Of a stretch of DNA of 64,000 bases, positions 35,001-48,200 are shown one piece after another; positions within the stretch are counted from its first letter, which is position 1; every line of letters begins with the position of its first letter. A program made the position numbers and the translations under genes. Source of the DNA: a virus; IMG/VR virus record IMGVR_UViG_3300017917_001030, positions 66,603-130,602 of that record; one strand, 5' to 3'. Below the pieces are notes generated by a model. That model saw only the letters and a program-made list of their open reading frames with translations, searched no databases and was not told the origin of the DNA.

Positions 35001-38000
35001 TAACTCTAGCGATTTCGCATTAGATACAGATTTAACTACTGCCAATGTTGCAGAGTTAAACAATCTATACTATACTAATGCAAGAGTTCAAGCTTACATC
35101 CAAGGCAATTTGGATTCTAAAGCTAACGTTGTTGACCTAACAACAAGCAACGTTGCAGAAGGCACACAACTATATTATACAAATGCTAGAGTTGATGCTT
35201 GGGTTGCGCCTAAGCTTGCAGCGAATCTTGTATTCAAAGCCAATGTAGTTGATTTGACTACTGCTAATATTGCAGAACTTAATAACCTATACTACACAAA
35301 TGCAAGAGTTTATGGTAATGTTGTAGAAAGTCTAACCAACTTTACTGCAAATATTGTTCCTGCGACAAACGGTGTTTATAATCTAGGTTCATCCACAAAA
35401 CGATTTAAAGATTTGTGGTTGTCGGGTACAACATTACACCTAGGTAATATTTCTCTTTCGGATTCTAACGGCAATCTACAAATTACATCTACTTCTGGCC
35501 CAGGTCAGTTGTTGACAGATGTAGTTACTGCCAATGTTTGGAATTACATCTACACTGCTAATGTAATTGAAACACCTGGCAACTTGTATTTCACTAATAC
35601 AAGAGTATTCAACGCAATCACAAATCAAGATTTAAGTCTAAACAACTTAACTCTATTAGGTGACCTATTTGTTCAGGGTAACACTGTTGCATTGAATACT
35701 GCTACATTGAATGTAGAAGATAAGAATATTGTTCTAGCTAATGGTGCAGTAAATGGTGCAGCAGCTGACGGTGCTGGTATTACAGTACAAGGCGCAGATG
35801 CAAATATTACATATTCTGTATCCGGCGATAAATGGACATTTAACAAGCCAATTGAATCTGCTACAGTTATTGCAAACGAAGTTCAATCTAAAGTTTGGAC
35901 AGGCATTTATACAGCTAACGTAGTAGAATCTCCAAGTGCTCTATACTATACAGATACAAGAGCATATGCAAATCTATTACAAGCAAGCATTAACGCCCTT
36001 GCAGATGTAGATACAGTTTCTGTCGCACCAGTAACAGGCCAATCTCTAATTTGGAATGGAAGTTCTTGGGCTCCTAGTTCAGTTGGTGGTTCTGCATTCG
36101 CAGAGACTGCAAATGTTGCTAATACTGTTCTAACAATTAGTAACTTCAGCACAACAGATTTGGCTGAAGGTTCGCAACTATACTACACCAATGCTAGAGT
36201 AGATGCTTGGATCGCACCTAATTTGGCTTCTAATTTGGTGCCAAAAGCCAACGTTGTTGATCTAACGACAGCGAATGTTGCAGAGCTAGATAATCTTTAC
36301 TACACTAATGCAAGAGTCGATGCTTGGGTTGCGCCTAAGCTTGCCGCTAACCTTGTATTTAAAGCTAACGTTGTAGATTTAACAACAGCAAATGTTGCTG
36401 AATTAGATAATCTATACTATACCAATACACGTGTTGACGCATACGTTACACCTTTCCTAAATCTAAAGGCGAACGTAGTAGACCTAACAACATCTAATGT
36501 TGCTGAAGGTTCTCAACTATACTACACAAACACCAGAGTCCATGCAAATGTTATGCAGACTTTGGTTCCATATGCTACAAAGGTATATGTAGACGAGAGT
36601 GTTGCTAATTTGGTTGCTGGCGCACCAGCAGTTCTTGATACTTTATATGAACTTGCTAATGCATTAGGTAACGATGCATCGTTTGCAACAACAGTAACAA
36701 ATACACTAGCTACAAAGGCAAAATCTACTGATCTAACAACAGCAAATGTTGTTGAACTTAATAATCTATATTATACAGATGATAGAGTTTATGCTAATGT
36801 AGTAACTCTATTGCCAGAATATGCAGGCAATATTGGTGCAGATTATGTAATTGCCACAAGATTCATTGGTAATGGTTCTCTATTGAGCGGCGTTACTGCT
36901 ACAGGATTTAGTGGAAACACTGATCTAGTAGCTGAAGGCTTGAACCTGTACTACACCAATGCTCGTGTTGACGCATACGTTACACCGTCATTGAACCTAA
37001 AAGCAAATGTTGTAGACTTAACAACAAGTAATGTTGCTGAAGGTACTAATCTATACTTTACAAATGCAAGAGTTCAAGCATTTGTACAGGCAAATGTAAA
37101 TTCTAAAGCAAACGTAGTAGATTTAACTACTGCTAATATTACAGAACTTACTAATCTGTTCTACACTAATGCTAGAGTCGCAGCATTTGTTACACCAAAT
37201 CTAAATCTAAAAGCAAATGTAGTTGATCTAACTACAAGCAATGTTGCTGAAGGCACTCAATTATATTATTCAAATGCAAGAGTAGATGCATGGTTGGCAC
37301 CGAATCTTGCAGCTAACCTAGTACCTAAGGCCAATGTAGTAGATTTGACCACTGCTAATGTTGCAGAACGCAATAATCTATACTACACTAATGCTCGTGT
37401 TGATGCTTGGTTAGTGCCTAATTTGGCATCCAATTTGGTGCCAAAAGCTAACGTTGTTGACTTAACAACATCAAATGTCGTTGAAGGTACTCAGTTATAC
37501 TTCACTAATACAAGAGTATTTGATGCGATTACAAGCAAGAATGTAACATTCAACGACTTAACATTGTTGGGCGATTTGATTGTTCAGGGCAATACAACTA
37601 CCCTTAACACCGCAACAGTTATCGTTGAAGACAAGAATATTCTAATAGCGAACGGTGCAGTTAGTGCTGCAGCAGCCGATGGTGCTGGTATCACTATTAT
37701 GGGTGCCAACGCTAACATCTTGTATCGCTCTACAGGTGATAAGTTTACTGTTGACCGTCCATTAGAAGTTCAGGGTAGTTTTGTTCTAACTCAAGGAACA
37801 ACGACAACAGATATCCCTGAGGGTGCGAACCTATATTACACAGATGCCAGAGTTTATGCTAATATTGCAGCTGCAAATATTAGTATTCTAAATGATGTTG
37901 ATACTGAGAATTATCCTCCACAAGAAGGTTATGTTCTAAAATGGGTAAATGGTTATTGGGTAGCTAATAGTATTGGTCTATCTAGTGTTGAAACAGCACA

Positions 38001-38307
38001 ACTTGCAGATGTTGCAAACACCGCGGTATTGGCTCAGGCTGCTAATATTGCTAATTTAGTTGTTTCTATTACCAACTTTACTACAAGCGATCTAAGAGAA
38101 GGTTCTAATCTATATTATACAAATGCAAGAGTCGCTTCTAATGTAATTACAACTGTTCCTACAATATTGCCTACATACACTGGTAATGTTAAGGCAGGCA
38201 ATGTTAATGTTTCTGGCGCAGTTCATTATGCAAATAGTACAGGGGTTCTAAAAGTATATCAAGTGTATAATGAAATAACAAATAGTTTAGATACAGTATT
38301 TGCATAA
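32029..38307 (+). CDS. Giant repetitive tail-fibre-like protein, 2092 aa
   Basis: Dozens of DLTT(A/S)NVAExxNLYYTNARV repeats; APAVLDTLYELANALGND fibre motif. Confidence 0.85.
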   Translation: MAVSDSQKVDLLYKQAFGVTKTDTAANKSPSNEALASPLVVRGDTIWIESSSIPATASPVANIVEFTGTNGVECVADTTTVPVGGVYPTWKTNLSNWINTEFGVSYLVKVYVDNPGSGDPASTGTQIFAAGSGGTGEYYFNHSSGVLNFIGGTIPAALTSGKVIYIVGYRYIGKTGVKSDWITTANVAESASNLYYTNERVYANVAEMLPNYTGNIQAQNINISGLLTGDGSGLTGVNASGYTGTTDAISEGSVNLFYTDERVEAYVRPNLESNLVLKANVVDLTTSNVAELDNLYYTNDRVSAYVTPLLDLKADKTQLNTTSITEGNKLFYTNARVYANVIALLPTYSGNINAGNINIAGTFTGNGSGLVGITAGAFTGNTDTVREGLSNLYYSNARVAAYISANLTSKANVVDLTTANVAELNNLYYTNTRVQAYLEQAQDIIPATGFTYDLGSETNPWRDLWLSGSTLRLGNLVLRDSGGTLAVTSGNANTIALVTSGVRENGDTTKGNVYFTNARVFGAITNQDVTLNTLTLLGDLFVQGNTTTLNTATVNIEDKNLLIANGAVNAAAADGAGITIDGANATFTYSSAGDNFDINKPLVTRGNVVLHVGNSTSDLQEGSNLYYTEQRANDAIDARVTKAFVDNLNVDADTLDGYNSSDFALDTDLTTANVAELNNLYYTNARVQAYLQDQLDSKANVVDLTTANVAELNNLYYTNARVDAYVTPYLNLKANVADLNSSNIIEGDKLFYTNARVQAFVQANIDSKANVVDLTTSNVAEGSQLYYTNARVRSTLAAGLGVTYNEGTGTFSIGQDVAPSANVTFRNLAVTGNAVFYGNVITYGANNLVISDNMIYLNDDSNSNPDLGIAANYNDGTYKHTGFFRDASDGNWKVYDSYIPEPDANIFIDTSHPSFRLANIQANVFIGEFHGDVKGNILGYIASISNFTTSDLKEGANLYYTEARANGAIDARVTKAFVDNLNVDADTLDGYNSSDFALDTDLTTANVAELNNLYYTNARVQAYIQGNLDSKANVVDLTTSNVAEGTQLYYTNARVDAWVAPKLAANLVFKANVVDLTTANIAELNNLYYTNARVYGNVVESLTNFTANIVPATNGVYNLGSSTKRFKDLWLSGTTLHLGNISLSDSNGNLQITSTSGPGQLLTDVVTANVWNYIYTANVIETPGNLYFTNTRVFNAITNQDLSLNNLTLLGDLFVQGNTVALNTATLNVEDKNIVLANGAVNGAAADGAGITVQGADANITYSVSGDKWTFNKPIESATVIANEVQSKVWTGIYTANVVESPSALYYTDTRAYANLLQASINALADVDTVSVAPVTGQSLIWNGSSWAPSSVGGSAFAETANVANTVLTISNFSTTDLAEGSQLYYTNARVDAWIAPNLASNLVPKANVVDLTTANVAELDNLYYTNARVDAWVAPKLAANLVFKANVVDLTTANVAELDNLYYTNTRVDAYVTPFLNLKANVVDLTTSNVAEGSQLYYTNTRVHANVMQTLVPYATKVYVDESVANLVAGAPAVLDTLYELANALGNDASFATTVTNTLATKAKSTDLTTANVVELNNLYYTDDRVYANVVTLLPEYAGNIGADYVIATRFIGNGSLLSGVTATGFSGNTDLVAEGLNLYYTNARVDAYVTPSLNLKANVVDLTTSNVAEGTNLYFTNARVQAFVQANVNSKANVVDLTTANITELTNLFYTNARVAAFVTPNLNLKANVVDLTTSNVAEGTQLYYSNARVDAWLAPNLAANLVPKANVVDLTTANVAERNNLYYTNARVDAWLVPNLASNLVPKANVVDLTTSNVVEGTQLYFTNTRVFDAITSKNVTFNDLTLLGDLIVQGNTTTLNTATVIVEDKNILIANGAVSAAAADGAGITIMGANANILYRSTGDKFTVDRPLEVQGSFVLTQGTTTTDIPEGANLYYTDARVYANIAAANISILNDVDTENYPPQEGYVLKWVNGYWVANSIGLSSVETAQLADVANTAVLAQAANIANLVVSITNFTTSDLREGSNLYYTNARVASNVITTVPTILPTYTGNVKAGNVNVSGAVHYANSTGVLKVYQVYNEITNSLDTVFA

Positions 38308-38309
38308 TT

Positions 38310-39197
38310 ATGGCAGTTGCTACAAGACTTACTTCTGATGGAATTTTATACAACAATGGCAGTTTTGATGAAATAACCAAATCATCGAACAGCGTAGATC
38401 CTACTGCTGTTTACTCTGCAGAATTTGATGAAATTACCATACAAGGTTCAGGTGTTGCTAAAAGAGAAACCCTTGACGGTAAATTACTTGTATCCAAAGA
38501 GTTTGACGAGTTTTCTGGTGCTCCTGTAGTTGACCCTGCATTAAAGGTATGGTTGGATTCAACGAATACACGTAGTTATTCAGGTACAGGTTCTACTTGG
38601 AACGATCTTTCAGGTAACAATAGAAACGCAACACTAATTGCTTCACCCACGTTTGAAAATGTAAAAGGCGGGGCAATTAATTTTAAAAGTGCAAATTCAA
38701 ATTATGCAACCCTGTCTGATCTAGGATCCCTATCTAGATTTACAGTTGAAGCTTGGGTGTATTTTAACAGTATACCGACAACCGATTATTTCCCATCTAT
38801 AGTCACAAACACCTATTTGGGTGGTTCTAATGTTAACTTCAGTTTGGGGTTTAATGGTGCGAATGGTACTGGATTTTGGAATGGAAGATTGTGTGGTGGA
38901 TTTTTCAATGGAGCGTGGCGCAATACTTTGGGATTTATTCCTGCAATAAATACATGGTATAATGTTTGTGTGACCTACGATGGCACCACTGTACGATTTT
39001 ATAATAATGGAGTTCAAGATTCTTTTCTAACATATACAGGCACACCTGCTACTTCTGGATCGGGTGTTAGAATTGCAAGACGTTGGGATGATACAAACTA
39101 TATAGATGGTTATATTCCTGTTGTTAGAATTTATAATAGAGCCCTAAGTGCTACTGAAGTTAAGGCAAACTACGATGCCTTAAAGAGAAGATTTTGA
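38310..39197 (+). CDS. LamG/concanavalin A-like domain protein
   Basis: SYSGTGSTWNDLSGNN, FTVEAWV, WYNVCVTYDG and RIYNRALS. Confidence 0.85.
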   Translation: MAVATRLTSDGILYNNGSFDEITKSSNSVDPTAVYSAEFDEITIQGSGVAKRETLDGKLLVSKEFDEFSGAPVVDPALKVWLDSTNTRSYSGTGSTWNDLSGNNRNATLIASPTFENVKGGAINFKSANSNYATLSDLGSLSRFTVEAWVYFNSIPTTDYFPSIVTNTYLGGSNVNFSLGFNGANGTGFWNGRLCGGFFNGAWRNTLGFIPAINTWYNVCVTYDGTTVRFYNNGVQDSFLTYTGTPATSGSGVRIARRWDDTNYIDGYIPVVRIYNRALSATEVKANYDALKRRF

Positions 39198-39208
39198 AAC
39201 GGTGATCA

Positions 39209-39216
39209 TATAAATA
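39209..39216 (+). promoter_or_regulatory. T4-type late promoter TATAAATA
   Basis: Exact consensus upstream of ORF 39242. Confidence 0.75.
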
Positions 39217-39241
39217 TAATAATTAAGAGTTTTTAAAACAA

Positions 39242-42200
39242 ATGGCAAAATTACTTAGCGGATCAAGAATATATGGTAATGCTACGGTAGACACCGTTCT
39301 AACCGTAGGCGGCAATATAAATGCAGGAAATATTGCTGTAAATACCGTTTCTGCCAATTCTTTGGTAGGTATTAACACCACAAGTATTCCTGAAGGTTCT
39401 AATTTATATTATACAGACGCTAGAGTAATTAATGCAGTAACAAGCACAACACTATCAAATCTAACAGTTAGCGGAAATGTAACTGGTACTTTTGTTGGTG
39501 ATGGTTCTGGTATTACAAATGTAACCGCTACAGGTTTTAGCGGAAATACTTCTGGTGTTGCAGAAGGCGACAATCTATACTACACTAACGCAAGAGTAGA
39601 TTCTTACGTTACCCCTTTATTAAACCTAAAAGCCGATAATGTAGACTTAACTACTGCAAATGTTGCAGAACTAGATAACCTATACTACACTAACGCAAGA
39701 GTAGATTCATACGTCGCTCCTTTGTTAGATAAAAAAGCGGATAACGTTGATTTAACAACCGCTAATGTTTCCGAATTAGATAATCTATACTATACTAATG
39801 CTAGAGTTGATGCTTGGATTGCACCGAACCTAGCAGCCAACCTTGTACCAAAAGCAAATGTAGTTGATTTAACTACCGCGAATGTCGCTGAGCGTAATAA
39901 TCTATACTACACAAATACAAGAGTTGATTCTTACGTAACACCGTTCTTAAATCTAAAAGCCAATGTAGCAGATTTAACAACATCTAATGTTACTGAAGGT
40001 AACAACCTTTACTATACCAATGCAAGAGTTAGATCTACTCTTTCTGGCGGTACAGGTGTAACATATGATAAAGTTACCGGCCAAATATCAATCGGTCAAG
40101 ATGTTGCTACTACATCTAGCGTAACGTTCAGTTCATTGGCAGTTACTGGTAATACTGTATTCTACGGTAATGTAACAACATATGGCGCAAATAATCTTGT
40201 TGTTTCGGACAACATGATTTACCTAAATGATGATAGTAATTCTAATCCCGACATAGGTATTGCCGCTAATTACAATGACGGAACCTATCAGCACGCTGGT
40301 TTCTTCCGTGACGCATCAGATGGCGGTAAGTGGAAGGTTTATGATTCATACCTTCCTGAACCAGATGCTAATATCTTTATTGATACTTCTGATCCGTCAT
40401 TCAAGCTTGCTGATTTTGCAGCAAAAACTGTTTATGCGAATGTTGTTGGTAATGTAACAGGATTCGTTTCTTCAATCGGTAATTTTAGTACATCCGATCT
40501 TGCAGAAGGTTCTAACAAGTATTTTACAGATACCAGAGCACGTGACGCTGTTACAAATACAACATTATCTAATTTAACAGTCTCTGGTAATGTAACTGCT
40601 GCATACTTCTTAGGCGACGGTTCTAAGTTAGTAGGAGTTACTGCTACAGGATTTAGTGGAAACACTACAGGTGTTGCAGAAGGTGAAAACCTATACTACA
40701 CCAATGCAAGAGTCGATGCCTGGATCGCACCTAATTTGGCTTCTAATTTGGTGTCAAAAGCGAATGTGGTTGATCTAACCACCGCAAACGTTGCAGAATT
40801 AAATAATTTATATTACACTAATGCAAGAGTTGCTGCTTATATCCAACCTAGTTTGGATGCTAAGGCTGACAATAGCGATTTAACTACAGCAAATATTGCT
40901 GAACTTGATAATTTATACTACACTAATGCTAGAGTAGATGCCTGGATCGCTCCTAATCTGGCAGCTAATTTAGTACCTAAAGCTAACGTAGTAGACTTAA
41001 CAACATCTAATGTTACTGAGGGTTCTCAGTTATACTACACCAATGCGAGAGTAGATGCATGGTTAGCTCCAAACTTAGCTGCAAATCTTGTTCCTAAGGC
41101 TAACGTAGTTGATTTAACTACAAGCAACGTTACTGAAGGTTCGCAACTATACTACACCAACGCTAGAGTACACGCAAACGTTCTACAAGCATTAGTTCCA
41201 TATGCAACTATTAATTATGTAGATGGCAGTATTGCTAACCTAATTAATGGTGCACCTGCAGTTCTAGATACATTGTATGAGTTGGCAAATGCGTTGGGCA
41301 ATGATGCTTCTTTCGCAACAACTGTTACAAATACTCTTGCTCAGAAGGTTGACACTGTAGATTTTACTACAGCAAATATTGTTGAATTAACGAATCTATT
41401 CTATACTGAAGCCAGAGCAAACGGTGCAATAGATGCACGTGTAAACAAGGCATTTGTTGATGCTCTTGGCGTTGATGCTACTACATTAGATGGTCTAGAT
41501 TCTACAGCATTTGCAAGAACAGGTGATCTAACAACATCTAATATTGCTGAAGGTACTAACCTTTACTATACAAATGCTCGTGTTGAAGCATATCTTGTTC
41601 CTAGTTTAAATAACAAGGCTAATGTTTCTGACCTTACAACAAGTAATGTTGCTGAAGGTTCTCAGTTATACTACACCAATGCAAGAGTAGATGCGTATAT
41701 TACGCCTGCATTGAACTTAAAAGCCAATGTTTCTGATCTAACATCTGGAAATATTACAGAAACGAATAATCTATTCTACACCAATGCTAGAGTAGATGCT
41801 TGGATCGCTCCTAATTTAGCATCCAACTTGGTGCCGAAAGCGAACGTTGTTGATTTGACAACAGCAAATGTTGCAGAACTAAACAATCTATATTATACCA
41901 ATGCTAGAGTTTACTCTAACGTTATTGGCTTGTTCGCACCATATGAAACAACAGCTAATGTTGACTATAAGCTAGGATTTAAGGCTGACAATTCTGATCT
42001 AACAACAGCTAATGTTGCAGAATTGGATAACCTATACTATACAAATGCTAGAGTCCATGCTAATGTTACGGAAACATTAACTGCTTATGCAACCAAAATA
42101 TATGTAGATGAGAGTGTTGCTAATTTGGTTGCTGGTGCTCCAGCGGTCCTAGACACTTTATATGAATTAGCTGAAGCTCTAGGTAATGATGCATCTTTTG

Positions 42201-45200
42201 CAACGACTGTTACAAACTCTTTAGCTACAAAGGCTAAGACTACAGACTTAACAACAGCGAATGTTGCAGAGCTAACCAATCTTTATTACACCAATGCAAG
42301 AGTTTACAGTAATGTAATTGGTTTATTTGCACCTTATGAAACTACTGCTAATGTAGACTCCAAACTTGTTTATAAGGCAAATGTAGTAGACCTAACAACA
42401 TCAAATGTTGTAGAAGGTACGAATCTATACTTCACACCTGGCCGTGCAGTAACTGCTGTTGAAAATACAACTCTAAGTAATTTAACTGTTTCTGGTAATG
42501 TTTCTGCTCTATATTTCTTGGGCGACGGTTCTCTACTTACTGGTGTAACAGCAACTGGTTTCAGCGGTAATACTTCTGGTATTCTAGAAGGCGATAACCT
42601 ATTCTATACTAACGCAAGAGTTTACTCTAACGTTATTGGATTATTTGCACCGTATGAAACTACTGCAAATGTAGATTCTAAGTTAGTCTATAAGGCAAAT
42701 GTTGTTGACCTAACAACAAGCAATGTTGTAGAAGGTGATAACCTATACTACACTAACGAACGTGTTTATTCTAACGTTATTGGATTATTTGCACCGTATG
42801 AAACAACCGCTAGTGTTAATGCAAAGTTAGTATATAAAGCAAATGTTGTTGATTTGACCACATCTAATGTGGTTGAGGGCAACAATCTATACTATACAGA
42901 TGCAAGAGTTTATTCTAATGTTATTGGCTTATTTGCTCCTTATGAGACTAAGGCTAATGTAGCATTAAAGGCCAACATAGTTGATCTAACTACAAGCAAT
43001 GTTGTAGAAGGTTCACAACTATACTACACCAATGCAAGAGTACATTCTAATGTTGTTTCTGCATTAGCAACATATGCTACGAAAGTATATGTTGACCAAA
43101 GCGTTGCTAATTTGGTTGCTGGTGCTCCAGCAGTCCTAGATACATTGTACGAGTTAGCTGGCGCATTGGGAAATGATGCTTCTTTTGCTACAACCGTTAC
43201 AAACTCGTTAGCTACAAAGGCCAAAACTACAGACCTAACTACTGCTAACGTAATTGAACTTAATAATCTATATTACACGGAAGCAAGAGCGAATGCATCT
43301 ATTAACAATGTAGTGGACAAGTATTATGTCCAAGCATTGAATATAGATGTGTATAATACACAAATCTTTGGTAAGATTACTAATGCTCAATTAGAAACAC
43401 CATATGTAACAATTAACGGTGTTACAACAACATTGGGTGATTCTACAAATATTGCTGCTACATTATCTAATAGCATAACATTTAATGATACAGGTAACGG
43501 CGATAATCCGACTATTTTTGATGGTTCTGCTTCCAAGACTATTTCTTATAATACAATTGGTGCCGCACCTAATAGTTTTGTTATTACATCGTTGGCAGGT
43601 AAGGTTAACTATCCAGACCTAACAACAAGCAATATTGCAGAGCTAGATAATTTATATTACACAAATGCAAGAGTTTACTCTAATGTAATTGGTTTATTTG
43701 CTCCTTACGAAACAACCGCAAGTGTAAACGGCAAACTAGCATTAAAGGCTAACTTAACTAGCCTAACAACAGCTAACGTAACAGAACTTAATAATCTATA
43801 TTACACCAACGCTAGAGTTTATTCTAACGTTATCGGATTGTTTGCTCCTTACGCAACTGTTTCCAACGTAAATTTAAAGGCAAATATATCTCAGTTGACT
43901 ACTGCTAACGTAGTAGAACTTAATAACCTATACTATACAAACTCTAGAGCTTACAGCAATATAATTACCACATTGCCAACATATGGCGGTGATATACTAT
44001 TGACTAACTTGACTGCTAACGGTCGAGTAACATTTAATCTACCATCGTCAGGTACTACAGATTTTACTATTGCTAGCGGTATTGCTACAGCATTTAAGAC
44101 ACGTTTTGGTACAACAGCTACTAACCAATATAGCTGGCGTACAAATATGTACTATGATGGTGCTAATTGGCAGAAGGATGATGCTTCAAGAGGCGCTTGG
44201 AGAAATAATCATTTAGTACAGACTACAGATACAGGCAGCGCAGTACAACTTGCATATGCTCCTGTTGGTTCTACAACCGCTGTAGAAATGATGTCGTTAA
44301 ATGGCATTGGCAATCTAACGATTCGCGGCAATATCATTACAACCAACGGTGTGTTTATTGGTGATGGTTCTGGTCTATCCAATATTAATGCAGGCGTATT
44401 CTCAGGAAACACCGATACAATTCTTGAAGGTGTAAGTAATCTATACTACTCTAACGCAAGAGTTTACAGTAATGTAATTGGTTTATTTGCACCTTATGAA
44501 ACTACTGCTAATGTAGACTCCAAACTTGTTTACAAAGCAAATGTTGTTGATTTGACCACTGCTAATATTGCAGAACTTAATAACCTATACTACACTAACG
44601 CTAGAGTTTATAGTAATGTTATCGGCTTGTTTACGCCGTATGAAACAACAGCTAATGTAGATAACAAACTTGTAACCAAGGCTAATGTAACTGATTTGAC
44701 CACATCTAATGTGGTTGAAGGTAACAATCTATATTACACCAACGCTAGAGTTAGAACTGCTCTATCGGGCGGTACTGGTGTAACTTACAACCCAAGTACC
44801 GGTGCGATTTCCATAGGTCAAGATGTTTCGACAACATCTAGTGTAATATTTAACGATTTACGAGTTAACGGCAATGCTGTATTCTACGGCAGTGTGACAA
44901 CTTACGGTGCAAATAATCTTGTTGTTTCGGATAACATGATTTATTTGAACGACGGTGATAGTAACTCTAACCCTGATATCGGTATTGCTGGCAACTATAA
45001 CGACGGAACGTATAAGCATACTGGTTTCTTCAGAGATGCTTCTGATGGTAACTGGAAGGTATATGATTCGTATGCTCTTGAGCCTGATGCTAATATCTTT
45101 ATTGATACAAGTCACCCTTCATTCCGTCTAGCAAATATTCAAGCTAACTTATTCATTGGTGACCTAAAGGGTAACGTAATTGGTTCAATGGTTGGAACAG

Positions 45201-48200
45201 TAAGTTCCATCAGCAACTTTACTACAAGCGATCTAAGAGAAGGTTCTAACCTATACTACACCAACGCTAGAGTTTACTCCAATGTTATTGGTTTGTTTGC
45301 CCCATATGCAACGATTGCTAGCCTAAATCTTAAGGCAAACATCGTCGACCTAACAACATCTAATGTTGTCGAAGGCAATAACCTATATTACAGCAACGCT
45401 AGAGTTCATAGTAATGTTGTTGCCGCATTGTCCAATTATACTGGTACAATCAACGGCACTATAATTAATGCAAGCAATGTAAACACTAATAACTTAATTG
45501 CAAATACAATTATTACTGGCGGTTCTGGTGGTAATATTGAGGGTGCAAATTATATTACTGCAAATTATATTCTTGGTAATGTAATTAGTCCTAGCACTGT
45601 TCAAGCTCAATATTTTGTAGGTAACGGTGCATTACTAACAGGTATTACTGCAGGTGCATTTACAGGAACAACTTTTGATATTGCAGAAGGCGGAAGTAAC
45701 CTTTACTACACCAACGCTAGAGTTTACTCTAACGTAATTGGTTTATTTGCTCCTTACGAAACCATTTCTAATGTAGCATTAAAAGCTAACATTGTAGACC
45801 TTACTACAAGTAATGTTGCTGAAGGTACTCAGTTATATTTCACCAACTCTAGAGTTTACGCAAATGTTCTTGGTGTTTTAAGTAATTATGTTTCGGCTGC
45901 TAATTTGGCAGTTAAAGCCAACGTATATGATTTAACAACAGCTAACGTAGTAGAATTAAATAATCTCTATTATACTAATTCTAGAGTTTATGCTAATGTT
46001 ATTGAGCTATTACCAACATATACCGGATTTATTTCTGGTGTATTTACAGGTGATGGTTCTGGATTAACAGGTGTTAGTGCAGCATCATTTACAGGCAATA
46101 CTTCGGTAATTCCTGAAGGCGCTAATCTATATTACACTAACGCAAGAGTATATGCTAACGTTGTTTCAATGTTGCCTACATTCACAGGAAATATCCGTGC
46201 AGGTAACATTATTGCTTCAGGTGTAATTACTGGTGCTAACGGTTCGGTTGGCGGAACGATTACTGGCGCAAGCTTGATCCAAGCAAATATTTTAAGCGCA
46301 TTTACTTGGAACAATCTATACACAACTAACGTTATAGAAAGAGGTACGTCCCTATACTTCTCCAATACCAGAGTTCAAAATTACTTAGCAGGTGTTTCGC
46401 AAGATATTGTTCCTGTATCAAATAACGTTATTAACTTAGGTTCACCTACAAAACGATTTAATAAGTTATACTTGGCAGGTAACACCATCGACTTAGGTGG
46501 TATGACAATTTCCGAAACAAGTGGCGAACTTGTTGTTATTAACCAATACGGTAACGTTGTTCTACAAGCAAATGGTATTGCAGGTGTTAACTCCTTCAAT
46601 AACTTGCAAGGCGATATTACATTAGAACAGATTGGCGGCGCTGTTCGCGAATCTAATGTATTGATAACCGATTATATTACTGAGACTGGTTCTAATCTAT
46701 TCTATAGTAATGATCGTGTGTATGCTAATGTTTCTATGGCGAATATTAGCATCTTCGAAGATGTTGATACAGTAACAAGTGCTCCGGTATATGGTCAAGT
46801 TCTAACATGGACTGGCACAGTTTGGGCACCATCTAATGTTGCTCAAAGTGCTGCTGCAGAAAATGCAAACGTTGCTAATAGCGTAGGCACTTTAAGCAAC
46901 TTTACAACAACTGACCTAGCTGAAGGTAACAACCTATACTATACAAACGCTAGAGTTTATAGCAATATTATTCAGTTAGGTTACGCAACAACAACTTATG
47001 TTAACCAAGCTGTTGCTAATATAGTAAATGGTGCCCCTGCAGTATTGGATACTCTATATGAGTTAGCAAATGCGTTGGGCAATGATGCATCGTTTGCAAC
47101 AACAGTTACAAACTCGTTAGCTACAAAGGCCAGAACATCTGACCTAACAACAGCTAACGTAATAGAGTTGACGAACCTATATTATACTAACGCAAGAGTT
47201 TACTCTAACGTTATTGGATTATTTGCACCTTATGAAACTAAGACAAACGTTGCTCTTAAGGCTAATGTTGTAGATCTAACAACATCTAATGTTGTAGAAA
47301 ACACAAACCTATATTATACAAATGCAAGAGTAAGAGCAAATGTAATATCACTATTACCAACTCTTGCAGGTGCAGGTATTGCAATTGATGCGAATGGTGT
47401 TATTTCTGCTAATGTATTGACTGCAGAAATAAGCGTGCCGATGCAAGAATTCATTGGCGACGCCGCTACAACAATATTTACATTGAATAGATCAGTAACC
47501 AATGCTACAAATGTATTGTTATTGGTTGATGGTTTGGTTCAAACACCTACAACAGATTATAGTATTTCTGGAACAACATTAACATTAACTGATGCTCCAG
47601 CAACAGGCTCTAATATTGTTGTTAGATACCCATTAGGATTGTCCGTTTCTACAGCTGCTCCAGCATTGAATGGTGGTACAGGCGTTTCTGTTGTAGGAAG
47701 TAACATTTCTATTGGTCAGAACGTTTCAACAACAGCTAATGTAACATTTGCATCACTATCAGTTACAGGCAATACTACATTCGCAGGTAATGTTGTTGGT
47801 GCAAATATTCAAGCTAACGTATTCGTTGGCAATATTAGCGGAAACGTACTAGAAAGCGGAAATAGTTTTGCAATTGGTTATAGAGAAGTCCCACAAAGAA
47901 CTGCAAGTACTGCTTATACATTTATAAATGATGATAGATCTAAGCATGTTTATTATACAGGCGCAGACGCAAACGTAACGATTCCTGCAGATGGCAGTAC
48001 AACTGGAGGAACATTCCCAGTAGGTGCGGTTCTAACAGTTATTAATAACGGTTCAGGCAATGTGACTCTAACAGGTACTCCTACATTGTTTATGGCAGGA
48101 AACACAACGTCTGGTAGCAGAGTGCTAGGAACTAAAGGTATGGCAAGCTTAATTAAGGTTGCTGCAAATACATGGTTTATTAGTGGTGCAGGGTTAACAT